Virus record (IMG/VR): IMGVR_UViG_3300040985_002723
Span: 1-31,232 of that record
Length of the DNA: 31,232 nucleotides
Source of the DNA: a virus
Taxonomy: Duplodnaviria > Caudoviricetes
Reading direction: 5' to 3' (one strand)
The position numbers and the translations under genes are program-made. This document shows positions 1 to 7,736 of the stretch, piece after piece (the first letter of the stretch is position 1; each line of letters begins with the position of its first letter). Below the pieces are notes generated by a model, which did not search any database, was not told where the DNA came from, and saw only the letters and a program-made list of their open reading frames with translations.

Positions 1-189
1 CACAATAAACCGCTGGCAGAGCTGTTCAAAACGGGCACAGACCTAGGCTTTCAGATTATCAAGCTGTCAACCAAGCAGTCTCTGAAGGCAGACGAGACAG
101 CTTTGATTCAGGAATATGCCAAGAGTCATGGTGATAAGCTGCTAAATGTGGCAGGGAATCCACTCAAGAAGTCATGTAAAAAGAAGTGA
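1..189 (+). CDS. 5'-truncated GIY-YIG-like endonuclease (C-terminal part)
   Basis: Open frame 1 absent from the ORF track: HNKPLAELFKTGTDLGFQIIKLSTKQSLKADETALIQEYAKSHGDKLLNVAGNPLKKSCKKK*, TGA at 187-189. The HN.....F.I...E..LI...LLN pattern resembles the second half of the GIY-YIG domain; the GIY-YIG motif itself is outside the window. Confidence 0.5.
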   Translation, partial: HNKPLAELFKTGTDLGFQIIKLSTKQSLKADETALIQEYAKSHGDKLLNVAGNPLKKSCKKK

Positions 190-285
190 CTGACTTTCCC
201 GCTTCTGCGCCGGAGCCCCCCAATCTCACGGGTCATAGCAGTACATTTAGCAGTTTTGAACAGTCTGCAAAAAGAGGCTAAAACG

Positions 286-316
286 CGTGTAAAAAACTGT
301 CAAACCATGGTATAAT
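286..316 (+). promoter_or_regulatory. Extended -10 sigma70-type promoter (CGTGTAAA-N14-TGGTATAAT)
   Basis: TG-n-TATAAT at 308-316, SD GGAGG at 331-335, ATG at 344; same architecture as the minus-strand element at 1664-1694. Confidence 0.75.
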
Positions 317-343
317 GGGGATGTCGCCAAGGAGGGGACTGAA

Positions 344-526
344 ATGAACAAAGATTTGAAGAAATGGCAGGTGGCTCTCGGACTGTGCATCCCGGCCCTA
401 ATCTTCTGGTTCTGCCTGTCTTATGAGATTGGGTTGGACCAGACTGTGGGCTTTTTGCTGGTCAACGCTATCATCGCGATTGCAGTCTATCCCGTCCTAA
501 GGGATGCCAGGTCGACCTGGCGCTGA
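344..526 (+). CDS. Small membrane protein, two predicted TM helices
   Basis: 60 aa with two hydrophobic stretches; strong SD and upstream promoter. Confidence 0.75.
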   Translation: MNKDLKKWQVALGLCIPALIFWFCLSYEIGLDQTVGFLLVNAIIAIAVYPVLRDARSTWR

Positions 527-553
527 GGTGAGTTGACGAGATAAGTTGTCCAG

Positions 554-570
554 TGCTGGCGTAGCCAGCA
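554..570. other. Perfect intergenic hairpin TGCTGGC-GTA-GCCAGCA
   Basis: 7-bp stem with 3-nt loop downstream of ORF 344-526; no adjacent U tract. Confidence 0.5.
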
Positions 571-650
571 GGTGTGATGCTTATGTGATTTATTTACAGT
601 AAAACCTGTTATAAACGCAAGTGAGGGCATACCTATAGACAGGAGACAAC

Positions 651-1166
651 ATGACAATCAATGCTTTGAGGAGTGCTTATAGGGATGAGGCCAAGCTAAA
701 GGACGGACAGTTCAAAGGTAGCGGCATACAGGCTGAGGCCGAGGTATGGGAAGTTCTGAAAGACAGAGGCTGGAAGCGCAACAACACTAAAGATGCTACG
801 GCCATCGACTTCATCTCACCCTCAGGCAAACTGGTAGACCTGAAGCTGTGCAAGGCTGGGAAGTACGGAGGTTCGTTCTTTCATGAGGTTGTCCAGAACA
901 TGGGCATTGAATCTATCTCAGACACACGAGCAGATGGTTGGCTATATTGGGATGTGTTGGAAGACAGGGCACCTCTGCACTTCATTGAGAAGGAGATGGT
1001 TGAACAGCACTTACACGGACAGTCTCAGAAGTCTGTAGCTGAGATGGAGATAGAAGGTAAGCATCACGGTTGTAGGCTCCATTGGGGTGGGCATGCATCC
1101 AACAAGCAGGCTAGAGGCGTTCTGATTCATACAGCCTCAGCCCGGTATTCAGTGCCGATGATTTAG
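651..1166 (+). CDS. PD-(D/E)XK superfamily nuclease-like protein
   Basis: AEAEVWEVLKDRGW...AIDF...VDLK fits the E / D / (D/E)xK catalytic pattern, followed by FFHE...ADGWLY; SD AGGAG precedes the ATG. Confidence 0.6.
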   Translation: MTINALRSAYRDEAKLKDGQFKGSGIQAEAEVWEVLKDRGWKRNNTKDATAIDFISPSGKLVDLKLCKAGKYGGSFFHEVVQNMGIESISDTRADGWLYWDVLEDRAPLHFIEKEMVEQHLHGQSQKSVAEMEIEGKHHGCRLHWGGHASNKQARGVLIHTASARYSVPMI

Positions 1167-1279
1167 AGGATGCTCATGAGCAGGTAGACTGAGCCGCACA
1201 GAATCCCATACAGAATAGCCACCGTCCAACATAACCTTCGCATACCGTCTAGACCACCCTGTTTGTTGTCCAGCATCAT
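1163..1279 (-). CDS. 38-aa single-TM peptide (not in ORF track)
   Basis: MMLDNKQGGLDGMRRLCWTVAILYGILCGSVYLLMSIL*; AAGGAGGAGG SD at 1281-1290 (minus strand), identical to the SD of the neighbouring ORF. Confidence 0.65.
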   Translation of the reverse strand: MMLDNKQGGLDGMRRLCWTVAILYGILCGSVYLLMSIL

Positions 1280-1331
1280 CCCTCCTCCTTAGCCATATTA
1301 CCCCATACCCACACAGTTCGGAAGCATCCTG

Positions 1332-1640
1332 TCAACACCCAGTGATAAGACCGTAGATGCCACCAAGACCTAGAAGGATGTAGACTGCGACTTGAATCCA
1401 GTCTCGCAGAAGAAAGAAGAGTGGGACTGCCGCGGCAAATCCTGTAAGCTTCCACCAGAAGTCCGGATCAGACTCTGCCCACGTAATCAATACTGCCACA
1501 CATCCCCAACCTATCAGTAGGAAGAGGGCTGCGAAGCATACACATCCTAGCACCACTGCAACTGTATCAGCAGCCTTATCAACACGCCGCTTGGTCTCTT
1601 TCAGTCGTGTCCAGAGGCTCTTATTCTTTTTGTTGTTCAT
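1332..1640 (-). CDS. Membrane protein, about three TM helices, basic N-terminus
   Basis: 102 aa hydrophobic ORF; AAGGAGGAGG SD at 1646-1655 (minus strand); promoter upstream. Confidence 0.8.
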   Translation of the reverse strand: MNNKKNKSLWTRLKETKRRVDKAADTVAVVLGCVCFAALFLLIGWGCVAVLITWAESDPDFWWKLTGFAAAVPLFFLLRDWIQVAVYILLGLGGIYGLITGC

Positions 1641-1663
1641 ATCTTCCTCCTCCTTACATATGT

Positions 1664-1694
1664 ATTATACCACGCTTTGTGGTAGCTTTACACG
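1664..1694 (-). promoter_or_regulatory. Extended -10 sigma70-type promoter (CGTGTAAA-N14-TGGTATAAT)
   Basis: Reverse complement reads CGTGTAAAgctaccaCAAAgcgTGGTATAAT, matching 286-316. Confidence 0.75.
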
Positions 1695-1711
1695 GGATTG
1701 GGTTAAATAAG

Positions 1712-1978
1712 ATGGGTACTACAGGAAAGAGAGGCGGAGCATTGGGACATGGGTGTACTGGTGAGATGACACTACGAGAGATTGCTGAGCACATGGATTT
1801 GCCCCTGTCTTCAGTCAACTTCTATCTCTCAAAAGCATGCCGGAAGATGCTGAGGAAGATGTACCCGGAACATGTTCGAACGTTCACTGAGATGGAAATG
1901 ACAGAGGTCGCAGCACGTTTTAGACCGCATTGGGACCAAATCATGATGGATTATGCCTACTCATCGAAAAAAAGATGA
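1712..1978 (+). CDS. Sigma70 region-4-like helix-turn-helix protein (candidate transcription regulator)
   Basis: EMTLREIAEHMDLPLSSVNFYLSKACRKM is a typical sigma4/HTH signature. Start moved from 1607 to ATG 1712 because the extension overlaps the opposite-strand gene and promoter. Confidence 0.7.
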   Translation: MGTTGKRGGALGHGCTGEMTLREIAEHMDLPLSSVNFYLSKACRKMLRKMYPEHVRTFTEMEMTEVAARFRPHWDQIMMDYAYSSKKR

Positions 1979-1987
1979 CCAAGTGGT

Positions 1988-2017
1988 TACATTTTCCCCA
2001 GTATGTAGATAGTTATA
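1988..2017 (+). promoter_or_regulatory. Candidate phage late promoter/activator site, copy 1
   Basis: TTTCCCCAGTATGTAGATA (1993-2011) matches 9456-9474 at 18/19; both copies are intergenic and upstream of virion gene blocks. Confidence 0.6.
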
Positions 2018-2111
2018 CTTGCACAGTGGGTGTGTTGCCCGTGCGACGACAGTTCATATCCGACGTCGTGGTGCAGATAAAGTGAGCAAACAGCCCATGG
2101 GGCAAAGGAAA

Positions 2112-2921
2112 ATGACAATGGCAAACGGACGATATTACGAGGCTGGCACTGTTGCCGGTGGATCAGACAGTATTGATATTCTAGGTGACGGTGGATTCAA
2201 AGCCTCCCAGATCATGATCGCAAATGATCATGCATCGACAGCATGCACAGTTCAGGCTGGCGCGGTCAACGCATACAGTGTTGGAGCCGGTGAGGTTCTG
2301 AGGCTTGTTGGTTCTTTCAGTGTTATCACGGTTGTGGATGCAACCAACGCAGTCTCCTATCGAGTCTATGCGGCTGAAGAGGTTGCCCCTGCGTTGAACC
2401 TTGAGAAGAATGGTGGAACCTCCGCCCTTTCTGATCTCTCAGTCACCACAGGTAAGATTGCTGCCGGTGCGGTGTCTGATTCGAAGCTGAGTTCAGCAAC
2501 TGGCGTCTCAGGCAACAGTGTCTTCCCCAAGCGTAGCTTCTATTCAACTTGGGACTTCGCGGTTGACGGTGGAGCTATCTCGACAATCACCACCGGTTGC
2601 GTTCTTCCTGAGAATGCAGTCATCACCAACGCGTACTACTTGGTACTGGATACCTGCACCTCAGCAACTGACGCAGGTACGTTGGCATTGGGTGTTGAGA
2701 CTGTTGATGCTGCCGGCCTGTTCGCAGCTGAGATCATCTCCACCGGTACGACTTGGGACGCCACTGGCACACCCATTCAGTGCCTCCCTGACACAGCCAC
2801 CATCGGTGACTGGACCACTGGAACCAGTGACGCCACACAGCAGATCGCCTTCACCATCGCGGTGGAAGCATTCACAGCTGGCAAGATTGCAGTCTTCGGC
2901 GACTACGTCGTTTACGAGTAA
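2112..2921 (+). CDS. Virion structural protein, probable capsid decoration/spike
   Basis: AAAGGA SD before ATG 2112 (alternative 2118); Ala/Gly/Thr-rich beta composition; fibre-type linker DLSVTTGKIAAGAVSDSKL; C-terminal LPENAVIT...TLALGV jelly-roll-like pattern. Confidence 0.6.
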   Translation: MTMANGRYYEAGTVAGGSDSIDILGDGGFKASQIMIANDHASTACTVQAGAVNAYSVGAGEVLRLVGSFSVITVVDATNAVSYRVYAAEEVAPALNLEKNGGTSALSDLSVTTGKIAAGAVSDSKLSSATGVSGNSVFPKRSFYSTWDFAVDGGAISTITTGCVLPENAVITNAYYLVLDTCTSATDAGTLALGVETVDAAGLFAAEIISTGTTWDATGTPIQCLPDTATIGDWTTGTSDATQQIAFTIAVEAFTAGKIAVFGDYVVYE

Positions 2922-2934
2922 TCCTTAATACGCT

Positions 2935-2975
2935 CGATGGGGGCTGACGCCAAATAGGATGTTCAGCCCCCATCG
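2935..2975 (+). other. Strong intergenic stem-loop (13-bp perfect stem)
   Basis: CGATGGGGGCTGA (2935-2947) pairs with TCAGCCCCCATCG (2963-2975); no U tract. Confidence 0.7.
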
Positions 2976-3014
2976 GTCAACAACCGGCATACGTGCCACA
3001 TTCGGAGCTCACCC

Positions 3015-3365
3015 ATGGGTCTCGCATCACGACAGTTCGCATCACTTCCAACAGTTGATGTCAATACACTCTTTCTAACAATGGACGCCAACGGCGTCGC
3101 CGGTACCGCAGAATCTCTCTATACTGAGATGAGAACTAAGATCGAAGCCGCTGGCGGTGCTCGAAACAATCCGCGGCAAATCTGGATCTGCAATGATACA
3201 GCGGCAAGCATCTACCTTCGTGGTGGAGAGATTACTGCGGCCGCAACACTTCAGGGCGTGCCAGTTGCTCCCGGTGAGGTTCTCGGACTAGCACTAGAAG
3301 GTGAGCCTGCTGATGGTCTCCTCTACGAAGCAGCCAACGACTTTACTCTCGCACTCTTCTACTAA
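3015..3365 (+). CDS. Small virion protein, related to the N-terminal domain of 2112-2921
   Basis: GGAG SD; RQIWICND...GEVLGL versus SQIMIAND...GEVLRL. Confidence 0.6.
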   Translation: MGLASRQFASLPTVDVNTLFLTMDANGVAGTAESLYTEMRTKIEAAGGARNNPRQIWICNDTAASIYLRGGEITAAATLQGVPVAPGEVLGLALEGEPADGLLYEAANDFTLALFY

Positions 3366-3380
3366 GCCTCGGAGGGTAAA

Positions 3381-4127
3381 ATGGGTCCGAAGCTAAAAAA
3401 GAAGAATAAGCAACATAAGGCTTTTGCCTATGGTATGCCGACATCGATTGGCATGGACGGTGCAACAACCTATGGTCTAGCTGATGATTTGATCCCTTCG
3501 CTGGCCGGGTCGGATATGACCTGGTCGTGTTGGGTAAAGATTCCTGTGCCTCCAGCAAACCCGGGTGCTATCCTGCGTGCCCTAATCAGCAACACAAATG
3601 CTGCTGCTGCCACCCGAAACATGCTCATCATGAATCAGGGTATCGCAGCTTATCGGGCAGATGGTTCCACATGGGGGTTCGGTACATACAACGAAGCAGC
3701 TGAAGTAAGTGAGACCATCATTGAAGACGGTGCTTGGCACAACATCATACAGACATACAACACTGTGTCTACAGACTTGATTCTGTATGTTGATGGGGCA
3801 GTTGAGGCTTCCCGTGCCATATCGAAAACCATGGTAGGAACTGATCTGCTCCAGATTGGTCGATGGCCTGCAGGTTCCTACTACATCGATGCTCAGTTCG
3901 GCAACATTGCCTTCTTCGACAGGGACGTATCAGCAACAGAAGCTGCTTGGATTGCTAGCGATGCCGGTGCAAACCTGAATGCCATGCCGGCCGGTGGCCC
4001 AATCCACTTCTACTGCCCGGGCAATGGTGATGACGGTATCATCCCAGTCTGCATTGACAGAGGAACAGGCAAAACTAACATCACGTGGGTCAACTCTGTT
4101 CCTGCTGATGTGGAGGCAGGTCTATAA
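3381..4127 (+). CDS. LamG/concanavalin A-like lectin domain virion protein
   Basis: TWSCWVK, DGAWHNIIQTY, LILYVDG, LQIG, NIAFFDRDVS occur in the canonical LamG order; GGAGG SD. Confidence 0.85.
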   Translation: MGPKLKKKNKQHKAFAYGMPTSIGMDGATTYGLADDLIPSLAGSDMTWSCWVKIPVPPANPGAILRALISNTNAAAATRNMLIMNQGIAAYRADGSTWGFGTYNEAAEVSETIIEDGAWHNIIQTYNTVSTDLILYVDGAVEASRAISKTMVGTDLLQIGRWPAGSYYIDAQFGNIAFFDRDVSATEAAWIASDAGANLNAMPAGGPIHFYCPGNGDDGIIPVCIDRGTGKTNITWVNSVPADVEAGL

Positions 4128-4330
4128 TGTTCTACAAGATCGTTCCAGCCTCTAGCCTCAGTTACTACATGGGCAAAGACGAGTGTGTCTCCACAGAAGC
4201 TCGTTATAGCTCAGCAGGAACTGTGTTGCTCAGGTTTGATAGAAAGGTCAGCTCCAGCTACAAAACGCTGGACGACATCATGATTGACCTTCAGGATGCG
4301 GAGTGGCAGTCAAACGATCCTGAGGGATAG
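4127..4330 (+). CDS. Small hypothetical protein coupled to the LamG gene (possible fibre chaperone)
   Basis: TAATG stop/start overlap; 67 aa; function inferred from position only. Confidence 0.6.
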   Translation: MFYKIVPASSLSYYMGKDECVSTEARYSSAGTVLLRFDRKVSSSYKTLDDIMIDLQDAEWQSNDPEG

Positions 4331-4333
4331 AAT

Positions 4334-6442
4334 ATGGCCAACAGATATCCACTCCTTTATGAAGAAAGTACAGAAGAAGCACCACTACTAACTCCCGGCG
4401 CCCTTACTGGACCCTCAGGTGGCTATTGGACAATCACCGGTGCTGCCATTCTGGACAATGCCTTGCATGGGAACACGGTCGTTGTTGACCAGACCTATGG
4501 CAGTGACACCGCCGGTGCTCGTAATACAGCATCTTTCCTGACAATCACGGCTGCTCTTGCAGTTGCTCAGTCAGGTGATGTCTGCCTCGTCTATCCAGGT
4601 GATTATGCTGAAAGCTTCACCATCCCAGCCGGGGTCACAGTTTTGGGTTATGGGCAGGTCTCCATTGAAGGTGCAGTAGGCACCGGAACTCGAGTGACCC
4701 TGTCAGCCGGATCTGCCCTGTGCAACGTTCGTATTGAGGCACCCACAGATGCTACGGCCTGTGTTGAGTTTGCTTCAGCCGGTGATGCTTCAATCGATGC
4801 TGTCACAATCATTGGTATGGGTGCACTTGGCTATGGAATACTGAATAGCAGCACAGGCACACTACAATCTGACAACATCATTTATGAAAGTGGGACCACA
4901 GATACCCTATTCCGGAACACTAGCACCGGTCATCTTCATGACCACAACACCCACATCATGGCCGGTACCATTACGACCATTGCAGAACCCACGGGAGGCG
5001 AGATCGGAGTTGATGGATTGACCCTACATTCCGGGGTCACGGTCACCAACGGTATTCTGATGAGTACCACTTCCACGGAAGTCCATCTGAGCAGTGTCTT
5101 TTTTGATGAACTACCAACCAATGCCGTTTCCATTCAGGCAGATGGTGTCATCGTAAATGCCGATGGTTGTGTCATTCAAGGCTCGACATGGGACTGGCTG
5201 GTCAACGCTGCTTTGGTCGGCACAAACACTGAACTGACACTGAGTGGATGCAGCTTCCGTGCAGAGAGGTTGAGCTTCCCGCCTGCTTTTGCCGCAGGTG
5301 CCGCCATCGGTGCCCTCTTCTCAGACGCAGGGGTTGAGAACGATCGCAGTTATCGTTGTGTCTCAGAACTATCAGTTGGTTTGCCGGCAATGCCCCGTGA
5401 ATCATCCTTTGGTGAGGGTGATAGCACAACTGCTGGTATGGTGGTCTATTCAGACGATGGCACAGGCACATCTTGGGTCGATAATACTACAGCAGCTGCG
5501 TCTTCAGCCGGCTCCACCTTCTCACTTTTCCAAAGCACAGCCATCGGTGAGGAGGCCTACATCGGTGCTATAGACCCTCGTGAGTTCTATGGCATCAAAG
5601 CTGACGTGACAACAGCCCTTGCCTATGGAACCGGAACCCTGGTTTGGGACTACTACGACGGTGCCTCATGGCTCCCCTTTGATGTTATGTGCACCGATGC
5701 TGACGCCCCTTATGAACAATACGCCTCACAATGTTTCGAAGCTATTCAGAACTACCAGGTCAGATTCGATGCAGACAACTTCACCGGTTGGGCAACCAAT
5801 AGTGTCAATGGCACAACAGCCTATTGGGTCAGAGTAACAATCACCGGTACCGTTTTGGGCACAGTCCCGGTTATGCAACGCATCAAACTGCACACTCGAC
5901 GTCTGGAAATCAACCCGACCGGTCGGGTCGAATACTTCGGTCCACAACAGCCAGACTTCGAGTTGCCGATGGCACTGTCAGATGGCTTTGCCCACTTTGG
6001 TGGCGCAGCACCGGCCAATAAGAACCTCAATGTTTCTGCAAACAACTACATCACCATCCCCAACTCAGCCTTTTCCAGTGGTGATGGGCGCTCTTGGCTC
6101 ATCCCGATCCAGGTTGGTCTGGATACCTGCCGAGACATCGCCATCGACATTGAATGGGCACCATCAACTGCAGCGGCTGGAACAGTTATCTGGACAGCCT
6201 ATGTTGCCACACCGATTGCTGTAGGAACTCAGGTAGATGCAGGTACAGTCCCGGAGGTTACGGGTGCAACCACAGACAACGCTCCTGGCACAGCAGGATT
6301 AGCAGTAGCCAGCACTTTGACATTCAGGATTCCTGATGGTCTCCCGGACCAGGTGATGGTGATTGGTATTGTTCGAACAGGAACCTACGCAGGTCGAGCT
6401 AATGTCTTCAGCACTTCAGCACACGGAAAGAGGTGGAGATAG
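4334..6442 (+). CDS. Tailspike/fibre with pectin-lyase-like parallel beta-helix
   Basis: VDQTYGSD...FLTITAALAVAQSGDVCLVYPGDYAE is the typical beta-helix N-cap motif, followed by repetitive beta strands and C-terminal beta-sandwich-like domains. Confidence 0.8.
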   Translation: MANRYPLLYEESTEEAPLLTPGALTGPSGGYWTITGAAILDNALHGNTVVVDQTYGSDTAGARNTASFLTITAALAVAQSGDVCLVYPGDYAESFTIPAGVTVLGYGQVSIEGAVGTGTRVTLSAGSALCNVRIEAPTDATACVEFASAGDASIDAVTIIGMGALGYGILNSSTGTLQSDNIIYESGTTDTLFRNTSTGHLHDHNTHIMAGTITTIAEPTGGEIGVDGLTLHSGVTVTNGILMSTTSTEVHLSSVFFDELPTNAVSIQADGVIVNADGCVIQGSTWDWLVNAALVGTNTELTLSGCSFRAERLSFPPAFAAGAAIGALFSDAGVENDRSYRCVSELSVGLPAMPRESSFGEGDSTTAGMVVYSDDGTGTSWVDNTTAAASSAGSTFSLFQSTAIGEEAYIGAIDPREFYGIKADVTTALAYGTGTLVWDYYDGASWLPFDVMCTDADAPYEQYASQCFEAIQNYQVRFDADNFTGWATNSVNGTTAYWVRVTITGTVLGTVPVMQRIKLHTRRLEINPTGRVEYFGPQQPDFELPMALSDGFAHFGGAAPANKNLNVSANNYITIPNSAFSSGDGRSWLIPIQVGLDTCRDIAIDIEWAPSTAAAGTVIWTAYVATPIAVGTQVDAGTVPEVTGATTDNAPGTAGLAVASTLTFRIPDGLPDQVMVIGIVRTGTYAGRANVFSTSAHGKRWR

Positions 6443-6537
6443 GTTGGATGCTTTTCTTATTTTCAGATAAGGTAACCATCAATACTTAGCTTAGAATACA
6501 ACACACCACAACGTGGATACAAAGAGATAGGGGTGAG

Positions 6538-7050
6538 ATGAAAGATTACAAGAAGAAGTTCAAGAATGTCGAGGCAGCAGCAACTCCAGGAGTTGAGAAG
6601 TTGGTTGCTGCTATTTCTGATAGCACGGTCAAGCCGGTTGCCATCATTGATAGCATTATGTTGTCAAAGATGGTTGAGATCAAGATGGGCATGGACGAAC
6701 TGATGCTCTCATTGGCAGGACAGAGTCCCTCAAAGTTGACCAAGATGCAACATTGTCAGGCGGTCTATTTCATCGCCAGATCAGAGTTGACACATTTGGT
6801 TAGAATGATGGAAGGACATACTGATCACACGCTCAACTACCGTCATCGCAACTTCAGGGTGATGGCCAAAGAGTTCTTGACGCAGCTGGAAGAGAATGAC
6901 ATCATGAAGGTTAAGGCACTCCACAACAAGAAGTGCACAGTCTTCATCAAGGCATTGGTCAAGTTTATGACACATGCATATCCTTTGATTTCAGCCAAGT
7001 ATAATAGGAAGCAGCAAACAAACAACATCGAAACATATCTGGGAGCATAA
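6538..7050 (+). CDS. Hypothetical protein upstream of terS
   Basis: 170-aa ORF filling the gap, 1 nt before the next start; no motif recognised. Confidence 0.7.
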   Translation: MKDYKKKFKNVEAAATPGVEKLVAAISDSTVKPVAIIDSIMLSKMVEIKMGMDELMLSLAGQSPSKLTKMQHCQAVYFIARSELTHLVRMMEGHTDHTLNYRHRNFRVMAKEFLTQLEENDIMKVKALHNKKCTVFIKALVKFMTHAYPLISAKYNRKQQTNNIETYLGA

Positions 7051-7051
7051 A

Positions 7052-7513
7052 ATGGTACGAGACGGACGCGATTTAGAGACAATGACTGAAACAGAGTTGA
7101 TGGAGTGGAAACCCGCTGACACCAACCCTATGCACATGGTCGCCGAGAAACGAAAGATGATTACTGCACAACTCCGTGAGCAAGGTATGACCTTCAGGGA
7201 GATCGGCAAGATCATCGGTGTCAGTCATGTTCGTGCTGCCAAGTACATGGAAGAGATCGACAAAGTCAAGACCATTGTCGAGATTGATGATACCTATGCT
7301 ATGAGAATGGTGCATATCATCAGGCTCAATCAAATGTACTCCTCCATCGAAGAGAAGATTGATGCAGGAAACATGGATGCTATCAAGACTGGATTGCACA
7401 TCATGAAACGGGCTGCTAAACTATGTGGGTTGGACAAACCAACCGCATCTGAGGTCAGTGTGCAGGGTGCATCATTCGGTAATGCAATGCGACAGATTTT
7501 GAACGAAAACTAA
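7052..7513 (+). CDS. terS: Terminase small subunit (HTH type)
   Basis: HTH LREQGMTFREIGKIIGVS, then GNMDAIK...RAAKLCGLDKP; upstream of terL. Confidence 0.7.
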   Translation: MVRDGRDLETMTETELMEWKPADTNPMHMVAEKRKMITAQLREQGMTFREIGKIIGVSHVRAAKYMEEIDKVKTIVEIDDTYAMRMVHIIRLNQMYSSIEEKIDAGNMDAIKTGLHIMKRAAKLCGLDKPTASEVSVQGASFGNAMRQILNEN

Positions 7514-7731
7514 TGGGGTGCTCAATGAAAGAAGGTAAGAAAGAACACATGGAAGCAGCAGCTAAGAAGCTGTTGGAAGAACTGGGAGATGTTGACCTAA
7601 GCGAAGCCAAGTCAATCTCAGTCATGATCGATATGGTCGGTCAAGTTCCGAAGAAAAAGAAGAAGGATGAGGATGAGTCTGATGAGGATGAGTCTGAAGA
7701 TTCTGACGATGACGAAGAGGATAAGGACTAG
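7513..7731 (+). CDS. Small protein with poly-Lys and acidic C-terminal tail
   Basis: TAATG coupling to terS (alternative ATG at 7525); 15-bp tandem repeat GATGAGGATGAGTCT at 7666-7695. Confidence 0.65.
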   Translation: MGCSMKEGKKEHMEAAAKKLLEELGDVDLSEAKSISVMIDMVGQVPKKKKKDEDESDEDESEDSDDDEEDKD

Positions 7732-7736
7732 TCTTA

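Noticed and set aside
554-570. N4-like hairpin promoter (GNA triloop)
   Set aside because: Only one C-GNA-G hairpin seen, other triloop hairpins differ, and no virion RNAP is evident
1607-1711. Long N-terminal extensions in the ORF track (also 2019, 9491, 21437, 22053, 29850, 30424)
   Set aside because: Extensions overlap promoters or neighbouring genes; downstream ATGs generally have better SDs or coupling
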